The notes under the pieces were generated by a model. That model was not told the DNA's origin. It searched no databases and saw nothing but the letters and a program-made list of their open reading frames with translations. A program made the position numbers and the translations under genes. Below are positions 37,615-47,621 of a stretch of 63,930 nucleotides of DNA, in pieces (the stretch's first letter is position 1; the number at the start of each line of letters is the position of its first letter). Source of the DNA: an uncultured Gemmatimonadaceae bacterium (lineage in GTDB: Bacteria > Gemmatimonadota > Gemmatimonadetes > Gemmatimonadales > Gemmatimonadaceae). Location of the stretch: positions 1 to 63,930 of the forward strand of contig CATPBN010000103.1 of assembly GCA_955652635.1 (NCBI GenBank). Direction: 5' to 3'.

Positions 37615-38708
37615 GCGCGGAGTACGCTCGAACACGCAGAGAGGCAACGCTCCAAAGTTTCGATTGTGTGATCGCCCATATGTCCGATTCTGAAAGTCGA
37701 GCCCTTTAGCTTTCCGTACCCGCTGCCGACCACAATTCCTCTTTTCGCGACCGCGGCGGTGAATGTCTCTGCCGGAAGATCAGTTGGGAGTTTGATCGTC
37801 GACACAGTCGGCGACTGTGATCCAAGTGGGGCGATGTTGACGACACGCTTCCCGGTTTCATCGGCAGTCTTCGCCAGCCATTCCTGGGTCCTGACAGCCA
37901 TTGCTTTGTGCCGGGCCCATCGAGCTTCGATTCCCTCGGCGGCGATGGACTTCAGCTGGAACTCGAGCGCGTAAAAAAGCGACAGAGCAGGAGTGCTTGG
38001 AGTTTGATTCCTTCGCGCATACGCGTCGAGCTCCACCAAGTCGAAGTAGACTCCGCGCGCAGATGCCGCATTCGCTTGATCGACGAACGACGGCGAAGCC
38101 ACTGCGAATGAGAGGCCCGGGGGGAGCGCCAGCGCTTTCTGAGATCCCGTCAGCACATAATCGAGCTTCCATTCGTCAAACCGGAGCTCGGCTCCAGCAA
38201 ACCCGCTGACGCTGTCAACCAGGCAGACCGCGCCGTGGCGATGAGCACAGTCAGAGATCGCGCGTATATCGTTCAACGCGCCTGTCGAGGTTTCTGAATG
38301 TACGACCGTGATAGCGGTGTATTTTCGCATCGACAGTCTCTCATCCAACTGGGGTATGGTGTGGATTTGCCCCCAGCCGACCTCATATCGGTCTACATCG
38401 CGCGCGCACGTTGAGGCGATGTGTGCGAACCGCTCCGAAAATGCGCCGTTTACGAGGCTCAGTATGCGGCCGGCGGGCGCACAACGAATCGCCGACTCCA
38501 TCATTCCCGTTGCTGACGACGAGTTGATATAGACAGGACGCTCTGTCATTAACAACGGCCGCAACCCACGCTGAAGGCGCTCGAACAGCTGCTCGAATGC
38601 TGACCCGCGATGTGCAATCATTGGCTGCATCATGGCGGCCAGGATTTCCTGCCGGACTTCAGTTGGACCCGGAAGAAAAAAGGTGCCGAATGTCTTGTTC
38701 GTGCTCAT
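37611..38708 (-). CDS. Class V aminotransferase (alanine/serine-glyoxylate type; probable phosphoserine aminotransferase substitute)
   Basis: PGPT, HRG, HSETSTG, VDSVSG, GSQKAL (PLP lysine), TPSTP and FRIGHMG motifs. Confidence 0.88.
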   Translation of the reverse strand: MSTNKTFGTFFLPGPTEVRQEILAAMMQPMIAHRGSAFEQLFERLQRGLRPLLMTERPVYINSSSATGMMESAIRCAPAGRILSLVNGAFSERFAHIASTCARDVDRYEVGWGQIHTIPQLDERLSMRKYTAITVVHSETSTGALNDIRAISDCAHRHGAVCLVDSVSGFAGAELRFDEWKLDYVLTGSQKALALPPGLSFAVASPSFVDQANAASARGVYFDLVELDAYARRNQTPSTPALSLFYALEFQLKSIAAEGIEARWARHKAMAVRTQEWLAKTADETGKRVVNIAPLGSQSPTVSTIKLPTDLPAETFTAAVAKRGIVVGSGYGKLKGSTFRIGHMGDHTIETLERCLSACSSVLRA

Positions 38709-39349
38709 TCGAGTACGAGGGCTCGGAGTTGGTCAAAGTTTTCGATTACAAAATCGGCGCGCTCAACGACAGGATCGCGCTTCAGAAAACCTGTGAACGC
38801 CGCGAAACCGTCTACGACGGGCCTGATCTCGCAGTCCGTCATCCCATCACCGACTGCTAATACCGGACCTTTCAAGGCCAGATCCTTTACCATCGCTCGC
38901 TTTCCGTTCTGACGAGTCAGTGGAGAGCGCTCATCAAATCCGGTGTACTCGCCATCTCTGTCGAAGAATACAGAGACAGCATGAACCCGTTCTACGCGGA
39001 CTCCGAGTTCTTTGGCAAGCGGCAGGATTGCCTCGCGTAATCCGCCACTGACCATTACGAGCTCGACATCGTTCTCGCGAAGTTCGGCGAGCGCTTCCCG
39101 CGCCCCCGTTGCCACACGATCGATGTAGACGGCACTCAATTCCCGAATCTCGGAGAGAGTCGGCTTCACTACGCCCATCCTTTCTCTGTAAACCGCCTCG
39201 ATCGGAATGACTCCCTCCATGGCCCGGGCAGTCAGAGAGCCACTCCATGCTTCAACCTCGGCTCCACGCAACGATGCGAGCCAGTCGATTCCTTCCACGC
39301 CGCTCAAGGTTGAATCCACGTCCAAGACAACCGAGTTGAATCGGGTCAC
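38705..39349 (-). CDS. serB: HAD-IB phosphoserine phosphatase
   Basis: DVDST, TARAMEG, VSGG, K and GDGMTD motifs. Confidence 0.85.
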   Translation of the reverse strand: MTRFNSVVLDVDSTLSGVEGIDWLASLRGAEVEAWSGSLTARAMEGVIPIEAVYRERMGVVKPTLSEIRELSAVYIDRVATGAREALAELRENDVELVMVSGGLREAILPLAKELGVRVERVHAVSVFFDRDGEYTGFDERSPLTRQNGKRAMVKDLALKGPVLAVGDGMTDCEIRPVVDGFAAFTGFLKRDPVVERADFVIENFDQLRALVLE

Positions 39350-40713
39350 AGAATGTTGCCGGGCGCAAGAATGCCCAGCGGATCGAGCTCACGCTTAACC
39401 GCTGTCATCATTGATATCTGGAGCCGATTCATTTGCAGCGGGAGCCATCGGCGTTTGATCTTGCCGATCCCGTGCTCCGCTGCGACCGTCCCGCCGAGTG
39501 ACACAACGTGCCTAAGGGTCTGCTCAACCACCTCTTCTATAGTAGTAAGCTCGCGCGCGTCGCGAGCGATGAAATTCTGATGGGGGTGACCATTGCCCGC
39601 ATGTCCGTAAATAACCGGCGCTTCGAGTCCCCGCTCTGCGGCAAATGACCGGGCCGCCTGAATCGCTGGCCCCAGCTTTCGGTAAGGAACAGCCCAATCG
39701 GTGCCGACCTTTCTGCCTCCCGCACCACGATGTTTTCCTCCTTTCTCGTTCATCGTCGCGGGAATGCTGTGTCGAATCCTCCGCGCCTCTCTCAGCCTTG
39801 CTTCACCGTCGAAAACCAGCGGCTCAAAATCTGGAGCAATCGACTCTATCAACTCGAGCCACCGGACAAGACTAGCATCGAGATCGTCATTGATTTCCTC
39901 TTCGACGTACACCATCGCTCCAGCGTGCTGCGCTATGCCCGCTCCGGGCGCGCTGTTTCGGGCAATCTCCAGCGCTCGTTCATCGAAGTATTCGATGCAT
40001 CGCGGGGAAACCGATGTTGCTTCCCGACTGGCGATCACAAATTGCAGCGCTTCGCTCTCCTCCCTGAACAGCGTTGCAAGTCCTACCACGCGCTGGGGTA
40101 GAGGAAGCAGCCCAAGCTCCGCCTCTACGATGATTCCAAGGGTGCCTTCACTCCCAATGAACCAATCGATCGGATCGTGCGCAAACGCGTACCCCACAGT
40201 GTTTTTCTCGAGGTCTGATCTGCGGAATTCGACCAGCTCACCACTCGCCATGACCACCTTGAGAGCGCGCACGTGCTTTCGAGTCGCGCCGTATTTGAAG
40301 GTGCGTGCTCCCGAAGCGTTGCACGCGATCGCGCCACCGATGGTCGACTCTTCCTCACTCGTGGGATCTGGAGCGAACAGCAGACCGGCGGCTGCCACCG
40401 CTTTCTTTATTTCAGCGACGATTGCGCCCGGACCGACTATGACTGTCTTCGATTTGACGTCGAGATCGCTGATCTGATTCAGGGATCGAAGGGAAAGCAG
40501 CATTCCCTTGTCGGTGATCGACGCGCCGGTAGTGCTCGTCTGCGCGCCGGCTGATGTCACGGGAGTCCGATCGGAAGCGGCCCTTTTCAAGAGCTCGATT
40601 ACGTCGTCGATCGTCTGAGGCCGCGCAACCAGATCCGGAATCAGCTGAAGCCCGGAAGAGTCGGCTTCGTATGCTTGTCTTACGGCTCGGTCGCTGCTTA
40701 CGTCCGTGCTCAC
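39346..40713 (-). CDS. FAD-linked D-2-hydroxyacid dehydrogenase (D2HGDH/GlcD family)
   Basis: PDP, STIGGAIACNASG, KYG, IGSEGTLGII, GHAGNGHPH and AEHGIG motifs. Confidence 0.88.
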   Translation of the reverse strand: MSTDVSSDRAVRQAYEADSSGLQLIPDLVARPQTIDDVIELLKRAASDRTPVTSAGAQTSTTGASITDKGMLLSLRSLNQISDLDVKSKTVIVGPGAIVAEIKKAVAAAGLLFAPDPTSEEESTIGGAIACNASGARTFKYGATRKHVRALKVVMASGELVEFRRSDLEKNTVGYAFAHDPIDWFIGSEGTLGIIVEAELGLLPLPQRVVGLATLFREESEALQFVIASREATSVSPRCIEYFDERALEIARNSAPGAGIAQHAGAMVYVEEEINDDLDASLVRWLELIESIAPDFEPLVFDGEARLREARRIRHSIPATMNEKGGKHRGAGGRKVGTDWAVPYRKLGPAIQAARSFAAERGLEAPVIYGHAGNGHPHQNFIARDARELTTIEEVVEQTLRHVVSLGGTVAAEHGIGKIKRRWLPLQMNRLQISMMTAVKRELDPLGILAPGNIL

Positions 40714-42317
40714 CCTGAATGAAAGCAGACGACGGCGGCAGACAGAACATCCTGCAGCTGAAGCAGCGACTGCCGGATGGTTTCGCTCACGTCTCCGTCG
40801 ACTGAAACGGCAGCCAGCGCCTGGCCTCCTTGAGCAAGCCGTGCCTGATGATATTCGGCGATGTTCACCCCTGCTTCACCAAGGAGCGTTCCGACTCGTC
40901 CGATGACGCCAGGAACATCGTTATTCGTGAGAATCAACAACGTATCCCTCGGTTGAATGTCCACGTGAAAAGCGCCGATCCGGCTCAGTCTTGCTGCGGC
41001 ACCAGGCTGCGCGATCCCTGCGACTGCGATTTCCTGCATTCCCCCACTGAGCCTCACTTCAATTCCGTAAGGATTGTCCTGGGTGGATGTCTCCGTGGTC
41101 GATAGTACAATACCGCGTGTCTCGGCTATAGCACGGGCGTTGATAAGATTGAGACGCTCCTGCTCTACGGTTCCCTCCAAGACTCCGCGCGCGGCCGAGG
41201 CGACAAGCGCGCTCCTCGCCCCGGCCAGTGCTGACCCGGTACGGATATCTACGCGTTGCACCGCTCGGGTTCCCTGTGTCGCAAGAATTGCCCTGCCAAC
41301 CGCCGCAGCTCTGCGGGCGAGCGTAAGCGCCGGTTCGACCTCGGCCCATTGGCCTCCTACATCGGCGACGTTGATGGAGCGGGAAAGTTCTCCACTCAGC
41401 AACGCATCGCGCACGGCTATACACACATCCACGGCCACGTTACGCTGCGCCTCGGTGGTCGACGCGCCGATGTGCGGAGTGAGCACTATATCCGGCCGCT
41501 TCCGGAGTGGATGATCTGCCGCTAACGGCTCCTTCTCGTAGGCATCGATTACTGCTCCAGCGAGATGTTTGCTGTCGAGCGCTTCGACGAGTGCTTCTTC
41601 GTCGACAATTCCTCCCCGGGCCATGTTGACCACTATTGATCTCTGTGGGAGTCTTGCAAGCTCGCGGCGTCCGATCATCCTGGCGGTCTCGTCGGTGAGA
41701 GGTGTGTGGACAGTGACCACGTTGGATTGCTCGAGCAGAGAGTCGAGCGAGGTCGCTTCCTGAACTCGCAATGCCTCAAACCGCGTCCGGGCAATGTATG
41801 GGTCGTACGCGAAGACATTCATCCCGAAAGCTCTCGCTCTTGTCGCGATCTCCCCACCTATACGCCCAAGACCGACAATTCCAAGCGCCTTGCCTTTGAG
41901 CTCGGAGCCTAGAAGAGCTGACCTGTCCCATCTTCCCGCATGCATGGTGCTGTCAGCACGCGGTATGTGCCGGAGAAGCGAGATCACTGCGCCGAAGAAC
42001 AACTCTACCACTGCGATGGTGTTCCCTGCCGGGGCGTTGATCACTGCGACTCCCAGCGAAGTCGCCGTATCGAGCGCAATATTGTCCACGCCTACACCAG
42101 CGCGACCGACCACCTTGAGGCGGCGTCCCTTTTCGAGTAGTTCCGCCGAGATGCGCGTCGCGCTCCGACCGATGATCGCGTCATAGTCTGCAATCCGGGC
42201 GAGAAGCTCGTCCTTGGAGAGTGTCGGCACTTCGTCGACGACGAGCATGGACTCGGCCGAAAGAAGCGCTACACCTTCGGCATCGATCTCATCGGTGACG
42301 AGAACGCGAAAAGTCAC
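40710..42317 (-). CDS. serA: D-3-phosphoglycerate dehydrogenase, long form with ASB and ACT domains
   Basis: RSAT, RAGVGVDN, GLGRIG, NMARGG, TPHIGAST, and ACT domain NNDVPGVIG. GTG start follows CAGGA. Confidence 0.93.
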   Translation of the reverse strand: MTFRVLVTDEIDAEGVALLSAESMLVVDEVPTLSKDELLARIADYDAIIGRSATRISAELLEKGRRLKVVGRAGVGVDNIALDTATSLGVAVINAPAGNTIAVVELFFGAVISLLRHIPRADSTMHAGRWDRSALLGSELKGKALGIVGLGRIGGEIATRARAFGMNVFAYDPYIARTRFEALRVQEATSLDSLLEQSNVVTVHTPLTDETARMIGRRELARLPQRSIVVNMARGGIVDEEALVEALDSKHLAGAVIDAYEKEPLAADHPLRKRPDIVLTPHIGASTTEAQRNVAVDVCIAVRDALLSGELSRSINVADVGGQWAEVEPALTLARRAAAVGRAILATQGTRAVQRVDIRTGSALAGARSALVASAARGVLEGTVEQERLNLINARAIAETRGIVLSTTETSTQDNPYGIEVRLSGGMQEIAVAGIAQPGAAARLSRIGAFHVDIQPRDTLLILTNNDVPGVIGRVGTLLGEAGVNIAEYHQARLAQGGQALAAVSVDGDVSETIRQSLLQLQDVLSAAVVCFHSG

Positions 42318-42402
42318 TGTTTCCTGAGCCGGTTTTGAGCGGGAAGCGAGGAAGGTCAATATCGCTTGACTGAGCTTGGCGCCACAAGCGACCAAAAAGC
42401 TC

Positions 42403-42750
42403 CTATCGTTGCGTCCATGCTTTCCACGTACCCTCGTCAGCTCCGACCGCCAGCTGGTTGGCGTTTCGTACCAGGGGGATTCTCAACAGGAGCGGCTCCT
42501 CGGAGAGCTTCTGGAGCCAGCGATCGTCCGAAAGTTGCGCATAGCGAAGTCCGAGCTCTGCAAAACGTTTGGAGTCTTTGTCAACGAGCAGCATTACGCC
42601 AAATTTCTGCGCAAATCTCCGTAACTCTCCGAGAGATGCTGGTTTCTCCATTAAATCGACGAAATGAGTCTTGATTCTCCGTTCCGAGAAAAAGCGAAGG
42701 GCTTTACGAGTTTCCGCGCTTTTTCTGATGCCAAAGATTTGTACTTCCAA
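42403..42750 (-). CDS. ArsC/Spx-family protein lacking cysteines
   Basis: VQIFG..KSAETRKALRFF...LLLRIPLVR; GAGGG SD before a TTG start. Confidence 0.75.
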   Translation of the reverse strand: MEVQIFGIRKSAETRKALRFFSERRIKTHFVDLMEKPASLGELRRFAQKFGVMLLVDKDSKRFAELGLRYAQLSDDRWLQKLSEEPLLLRIPLVRNANQLAVGADEGTWKAWTQR

Positions 42751-42816
42751 GACCGTCCCTCGATGTCTTTCCAGAAATGCGCCTGAAGGCACCTTCGCTC
42801 CCTGCAACCTCGATCA

Positions 42817-43833
42817 ATGGCGCGTGACATAATCTATTCGCCTGCCTGGTGGATTCCCGGCGGTCATCTGCAGACTTTGTGGGGGAAGCTTTTCCGGCGA
42901 CAGACGCCAGCGCCGACAGTCCGGGAGCGTTGGAATACGCCCGACGGTGACTTTCTGGAGATACATCGAGTGTCTGCGAAGCACGACGCTCCGCGAGTGT
43001 TGGTGCTCCACGGACTCGAAGGCACCGTGCGCTCCCACTACGCACAAGCTCTCCTCAATGAGGCGGCCAGAAGAGGGTGGGGAGCCGATCTGTTGGTTTT
43101 TCGTTCCTGCGGTTCAGAGCTGAACCTCACTCGGCGGTTCTATCACTCTGGCGAGACCAGCGATGTCGCGTTCGTTCTCGACAAAATAGTGGATGAGTTT
43201 CCCGCGTCCCCGCTCGCTGTTGCGGGCGTGTCGCTCGGTGGGAACGTCTTGCTGAAATTTCTCGGCGAGCGGGGTGAAGCCCTTCCTCCCCAACTCAAAG
43301 CTGCTGCCGCGATTTCAGTCCCCTTCGACCTTGCACGCTCTTCCAGGCGGATCAATCGTGGATTCTCGAAGTTCTACCAGCGATTCTTTCTGAATTCACT
43401 TCGGAAAAAGGCTCAGGAAAAAACACAGCGGTTTCCGGATCTCGCTCCTCGGGATCGGATAGCCGCCTTAAGGACTCTGGAGGATTTTGACAACCTGATC
43501 ACCGGCCCTTTACATGGATTTCGGGATGCGCAGGATTATTACGCTCGTTCGAGCTCATTGCGCTATTTGACAAACATTAAACTCAAAACGCTACTATTGA
43601 GTGCGGTGGATGATCCCATGCTTCCCCCCGAAGTGCTAGACGAAGTTCGCGATGCGGCCAGAGACAACCCCGCACTCGAGGTCGACTTCGTTGAAAGGGG
43701 GGGCCACGCTGGTTTTATCACTGGCTCGGTGCCATGGCGCCCGTTTTATTATGCGGAGCACCGGGTTGGAGAGTTCTTCGCTCACCAATTTGACCTGAGT
43801 CCGGCGCCTGAAGCTTTGGCCAAGCAATCGTGA
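42817..43833 (+). CDS. YheT-family alpha/beta hydrolase
   Basis: GHLQT, LHGLEG, YHSG, GVSLGGN, DDP and GGHAGF motifs. Confidence 0.9.
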   Translation: MARDIIYSPAWWIPGGHLQTLWGKLFRRQTPAPTVRERWNTPDGDFLEIHRVSAKHDAPRVLVLHGLEGTVRSHYAQALLNEAARRGWGADLLVFRSCGSELNLTRRFYHSGETSDVAFVLDKIVDEFPASPLAVAGVSLGGNVLLKFLGERGEALPPQLKAAAAISVPFDLARSSRRINRGFSKFYQRFFLNSLRKKAQEKTQRFPDLAPRDRIAALRTLEDFDNLITGPLHGFRDAQDYYARSSSLRYLTNIKLKTLLLSAVDDPMLPPEVLDEVRDAARDNPALEVDFVERGGHAGFITGSVPWRPFYYAEHRVGEFFAHQFDLSPAPEALAKQS

Positions 43834-43840
43834 GGAAAAC

Positions 43841-44755
43841 ATGAGAACCAAAGATCGCGGTGTCAGAATCGGGATGACGTTTTGCCTCGCAGGCCTGGCG
43901 TGTACCACCAACAAGATCGTACCGACATCTGACTCGCATTCCGGGACGGATCACGCTCCGCCGTCTAACTCGACGACCATGGCAACCGCACCTCAAACGC
44001 AGGGATTGCCACCCGATGCCGCGGGAGCTCTCTCTCGACTGGGTAGCTCGCCCCGACATGGCGAATGGGTGACCGTTCGTACCGGGGGCGGAGACAGCCT
44101 GAGAGCATGGGTGGTTTACCCGGAGAGGAGCACCAAGGCACCTGTGATCCTCGTCGTGCACGAGGTGTTCGGGTTGTCTTCCTGGGTTCGAAGTGTGGCA
44201 GATCAGCTGGCTGCTGACGGGTTTATCGCGATCGCGCCCGACCTGCTTACGATGAAAAATGTTCCGGAGGGACCGGACAGTGTTGTCGCGCCTCTCGCAG
44301 TCGCCGCTATAAGATCACTCGATCCGGCTTGGGTTCAACGACAGCTCGACGCAGTCGCCCAGTATGGGATGTCCTTACCCGCCGCACAGAAGAGATACGG
44401 CATCGTCGGCTTCTGCTGGGGCGGGGGAATCTCATTCGCGCACGCCGTGCATTCTGCCTCTCTTGGTGCTTCCGTGGTTTACTACGGAGTATCACCGGCG
44501 ACAACAGACCTCGAATCAGTCCGTGCGCCCATCCTTGGGTTGTATGGCGGCAGTGACGCACGTGTAGATGCGACTATCCCGCCGGCAGATTCGGCCCTTC
44601 GTCGACTTGGTAGGACGTACGAGCACACCGTTTTCCCAGGTGCCGGACACGGATTTCTGAGACAACAGAGCGGGATGGATGGGGCCAATCTCGTCGCTGC
44701 ACGAGCGGCGTGGCCGGCCACCGTAGCGTGGTTCAGAAAATACCTGGAACCATGA
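43841..44755 (+). CDS. Dienelactone hydrolase family lipoprotein
   Basis: Lipobox LAC; HEVFGL, APDL, GFCWGG and AGHGF motifs. Confidence 0.9.
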   Translation: MRTKDRGVRIGMTFCLAGLACTTNKIVPTSDSHSGTDHAPPSNSTTMATAPQTQGLPPDAAGALSRLGSSPRHGEWVTVRTGGGDSLRAWVVYPERSTKAPVILVVHEVFGLSSWVRSVADQLAADGFIAIAPDLLTMKNVPEGPDSVVAPLAVAAIRSLDPAWVQRQLDAVAQYGMSLPAAQKRYGIVGFCWGGGISFAHAVHSASLGASVVYYGVSPATTDLESVRAPILGLYGGSDARVDATIPPADSALRRLGRTYEHTVFPGAGHGFLRQQSGMDGANLVAARAAWPATVAWFRKYLEP

Positions 44756-44798
44756 GCACGGTTGGCCTCAGTCTTAATCCGGATACGCCCTCGACCGA

Positions 44799-45332
44799 GT
44801 GACAATCCTACGCATAGTTTTTCTCGCGTCGTTCATCGGTGGGCTGCTGCTGGCGGTATTCGCCATGCTGCACGGCGTGGAACACGCGAGGAGAAACCGC
44901 TCGAAGGCGCCTTCTCCGTTCTTCAACCTGCCAGCGATTGCCGCATTCGCCGTAGGCTTTGGAGCGGCTGGCTATCCCCTCGTCTCCCGCACTCGACTAC
45001 CGTCCTGGGCCATCCTACTGATCGCCATCGGGAGCGGTGCGCTTGCCATCAGCGGAATGATTACACTCCTCGCGCGATGGGCTCTACGCGGTGCAGGTCA
45101 TCCTGCCGCGGAGACCGATGAGATCCAGGGCCAGCTCGCGGTAGTCACGCAGGAGATCGCGCCCAGCAGTACCGGGGAAATCGCCTACGAGCATTTGGGC
45201 CGGCAGCTCCGAATCCCCGCGCGGGCGTTGAGCGAGAGGCGATTGTCCGTCGGTGCGGAAGTCGTCATCGACAGGATCGAGAACGGTATTGGTTTCGTCG
45301 AGGAGTGGTCCATCGTCGAACAGCGCCTCTAG
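44799..45332 (+). CDS. NfeD-like membrane protein (TM helices + OB fold)
   Basis: Three hydrophobic segments, then GQLAVV..I...GEI...ARA...G.EVVIDRIENG..FVE. Confidence 0.75.
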   Translation: MTILRIVFLASFIGGLLLAVFAMLHGVEHARRNRSKAPSPFFNLPAIAAFAVGFGAAGYPLVSRTRLPSWAILLIAIGSGALAISGMITLLARWALRGAGHPAAETDEIQGQLAVVTQEIAPSSTGEIAYEHLGRQLRIPARALSERRLSVGAEVVIDRIENGIGFVEEWSIVEQRL

Positions 45333-45333
45333 A

Positions 45334-45627
45334 TCACCCGGTCTTCGGACTCCGAACGTAGACCATTAACCACTCCGGCCAATTTCCGGTCAGATCGAAG
45401 AAGTCGTCGAAGTAAACGAGACCACTCTCCTCGAGATCGCCGATCAGCTGGGGTAGGATATCGCCCGAAGGGAGTGGGCCCAATACGACCAGGCCCTCCC
45501 CGACCCGGAATTCGTCGGCGGTAAGATTGTACCGTTCATCGATTGCGCCACGTGCTATCCCGCTACGCTCGAAGGCGCTCTGACGAATGAGGACGACCGC
45601 ATGACCGTGATCAAGCTCCAGCGCCAT
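45334..45627 (-). CDS. Hypothetical protein
   Basis: 97-aa ORF filling the gap; LEESGLVYFDDFF...WPEWL. Confidence 0.65.
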   Translation of the reverse strand: MALELDHGHAVVLIRQSAFERSGIARGAIDERYNLTADEFRVGEGLVVLGPLPSGDILPQLIGDLEESGLVYFDDFFDLTGNWPEWLMVYVRSPKTG

Positions 45628-45689
45628 GATTTATGTTCGATTAGAGACTAACTGAGTCGGGTTTTGGTCGTGATGCTTATCTTTAATGT

Positions 45690-47621
45690 ATGCCCGAATC
45701 GAGTGATTTCGAGGCCGAGTTCGATGTAGTTGTCATCGGAGCCGGTCACGCCGGAACTGAAGCTGCCGTCGCCGCAGCCCGCCTGGGTTCTCGAGTAGGA
45801 CTCATCACTAGCGCGCTCGAGACGATCGGCCAAATGTCGTGCAACCCGGCGATCGGTGGAATTGCGAAAGGAACTGTCGTGCGTGAGGTGGACGCGCTCG
45901 GTGGAATAATGGGCAGAGCTACAGATCTCGCTATGCTCCAGTTCCGTATGCTCAATCGTAGCAAGGGCCCGGCGGTATGGGCGCCACGTGCACAGTGTGA
46001 TCGCGGGCTTTATCGGCGCGCGGTAAGATCGCTACTTGAAGAGCATAAAAACCTGCGTACCGTGCAGGGGACTGTCGCGCGGCTTTTGCTTGCGCAGGAC
46101 GAAGGGCGTGTACTCGGCGTCGAGACTCTCGAAGGCAGACGCTTTGGTGCGCGGGCGGTCGTGATCACTACGGGTACTTTCCTTCGCGGTCGGATCCACA
46201 TTGGCACTGAAACCCGCCTTTCGGGTGGCCGCGCTGGTGAAAACGCAACCACGCACCTTGCTGAACAGCTGGAACAGGCAGGACTTACTGTTGCCCGGTT
46301 TAAGACCGGAACTCCGCCGCGCATCGACGGACGCTCAGTCGATTTCTCCCAATTGGCACGCCAGGAAAGCGAGATCGAGCAGTTCGACTATTCGTGGTCT
46401 CATTTTTGGCGCTTGAAGCGCCGCAATGGATCGGACACAAGGCATCCCGCACAAATGCCGTGCTGGATCACTTACCTCGAGGCAGAGGGGAAGCAGATAA
46501 TCAAAGAAAATATTGCCAAATCCGCGATGTATGGTGGTGCCATCTCCTCGCGTGGGCCTCGATACTGCCCATCCGTAGAAGACAAGATTGTGAAGTTTCC
46601 TGACGCGGAACGACATCAGATTTTTCTCGAGCCCGAGGGACACGATACCTCCGAGCTCTACGTGAACGGTTTGTCGACCTCCCTTCCCGCTCCGGTGCAG
46701 CTCGAGATTCTGCGATCAATCAAAGGACTATCGAACGTCGCAATGAACCGCGCTGGCTACGCGATCGAATACGACTACTATCCGCCGACGCAGCTCGATT
46801 CCTCGTTGCAAGTGAAGGCCATACGGGCACTCTATTTCGCCGGCCAGATTAACGGTACCACCGGCTACGAGGAAGCTGCCGGTCAGGGAATTGTTGCCGG
46901 ATTGAACGCAGCGCTTTCGACACAGGACGGGAAGCCACTCGTTCTTGGCAGAGAGACTTCCTACATAGGAGTTCTTGTTGACGATCTGGTCACGCGTGGC
47001 GTCGACGAGCCGTACAGGCTATTCACTTCGCGCTCCGAGTTCAGGCTTACAGTTCGTCAGGACAATGCCCTGCGACGCTTGGGCGGTATCGGGCTCGGGC
47101 TCGATCTTTATTCCGCCCCCGAGCAGGAAACTATCAGCACGAGGCTAGGTCATGAGGATTCAGCGCTTCGACTCGCAGAAACGACGAGCATACAGCCGAA
47201 CGAGGCGGCGTCGATCTTGGCAGCCGTTGGAAGCGCTGACTTATTGCAGCCCGTCAGAATCGTGGAAGTGGCGCGGCGTCATGATGTTTCGCTTCGGGCT
47301 TTGCTCGATGCAGTAGGGCAGGGTGCCGATCTCGATGATGAGGCGCTCGTCACCGCGGATCTGGAAATCAAATACGCTGGCTACTTCGAGCGCGAAAGAG
47401 CGCAGGCCGATCGCATGCGTCGCATGGGCGACTTCTCTCTCGATAACGATCTCGAATACAGCGAGATGCAGTCGCTATCGATGGAGGCGAGGGAAAAGCT
47501 CTCGAATGTAAAGCCGCGGTCGCTCGCTCAGGCTTCGCGAATTCCTGGTGTCAGCCCGAGCGATCTGCAGAACCTCGTCATCGAGGTGGAGCGCCGTCGG
47601 CGGCTCGCTGCTACGCGATAA
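45690..47621 (+). CDS. mnmG: tRNA uridine-34 carboxymethylaminomethyl modification enzyme
   Basis: GAGHAG, MSCNPAIGG, LNRSKGPAV, KTGTPPR, GPRYCPSVEDK and AGQINGTTGYEEAA motifs. Confidence 0.97.
   Translation: MPESSDFEAEFDVVVIGAGHAGTEAAVAAARLGSRVGLITSALETIGQMSCNPAIGGIAKGTVVREVDALGGIMGRATDLAMLQFRMLNRSKGPAVWAPRAQCDRGLYRRAVRSLLEEHKNLRTVQGTVARLLLAQDEGRVLGVETLEGRRFGARAVVITTGTFLRGRIHIGTETRLSGGRAGENATTHLAEQLEQAGLTVARFKTGTPPRIDGRSVDFSQLARQESEIEQFDYSWSHFWRLKRRNGSDTRHPAQMPCWITYLEAEGKQIIKENIAKSAMYGGAISSRGPRYCPSVEDKIVKFPDAERHQIFLEPEGHDTSELYVNGLSTSLPAPVQLEILRSIKGLSNVAMNRAGYAIEYDYYPPTQLDSSLQVKAIRALYFAGQINGTTGYEEAAGQGIVAGLNAALSTQDGKPLVLGRETSYIGVLVDDLVTRGVDEPYRLFTSRSEFRLTVRQDNALRRLGGIGLGLDLYSAPEQETISTRLGHEDSALRLAETTSIQPNEAASILAAVGSADLLQPVRIVEVARRHDVSLRALLDAVGQGADLDDEALVTADLEIKYAGYFERERAQADRMRRMGDFSLDNDLEYSEMQSLSMEAREKLSNVKPRSLAQASRIPGVSPSDLQNLVIEVERRRRLAATR

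Noticed and set aside
40957-40972. CACGTG-centred parS-like sequence in serA
   Set aside because: Flanks deviate too much from the parS consensus.
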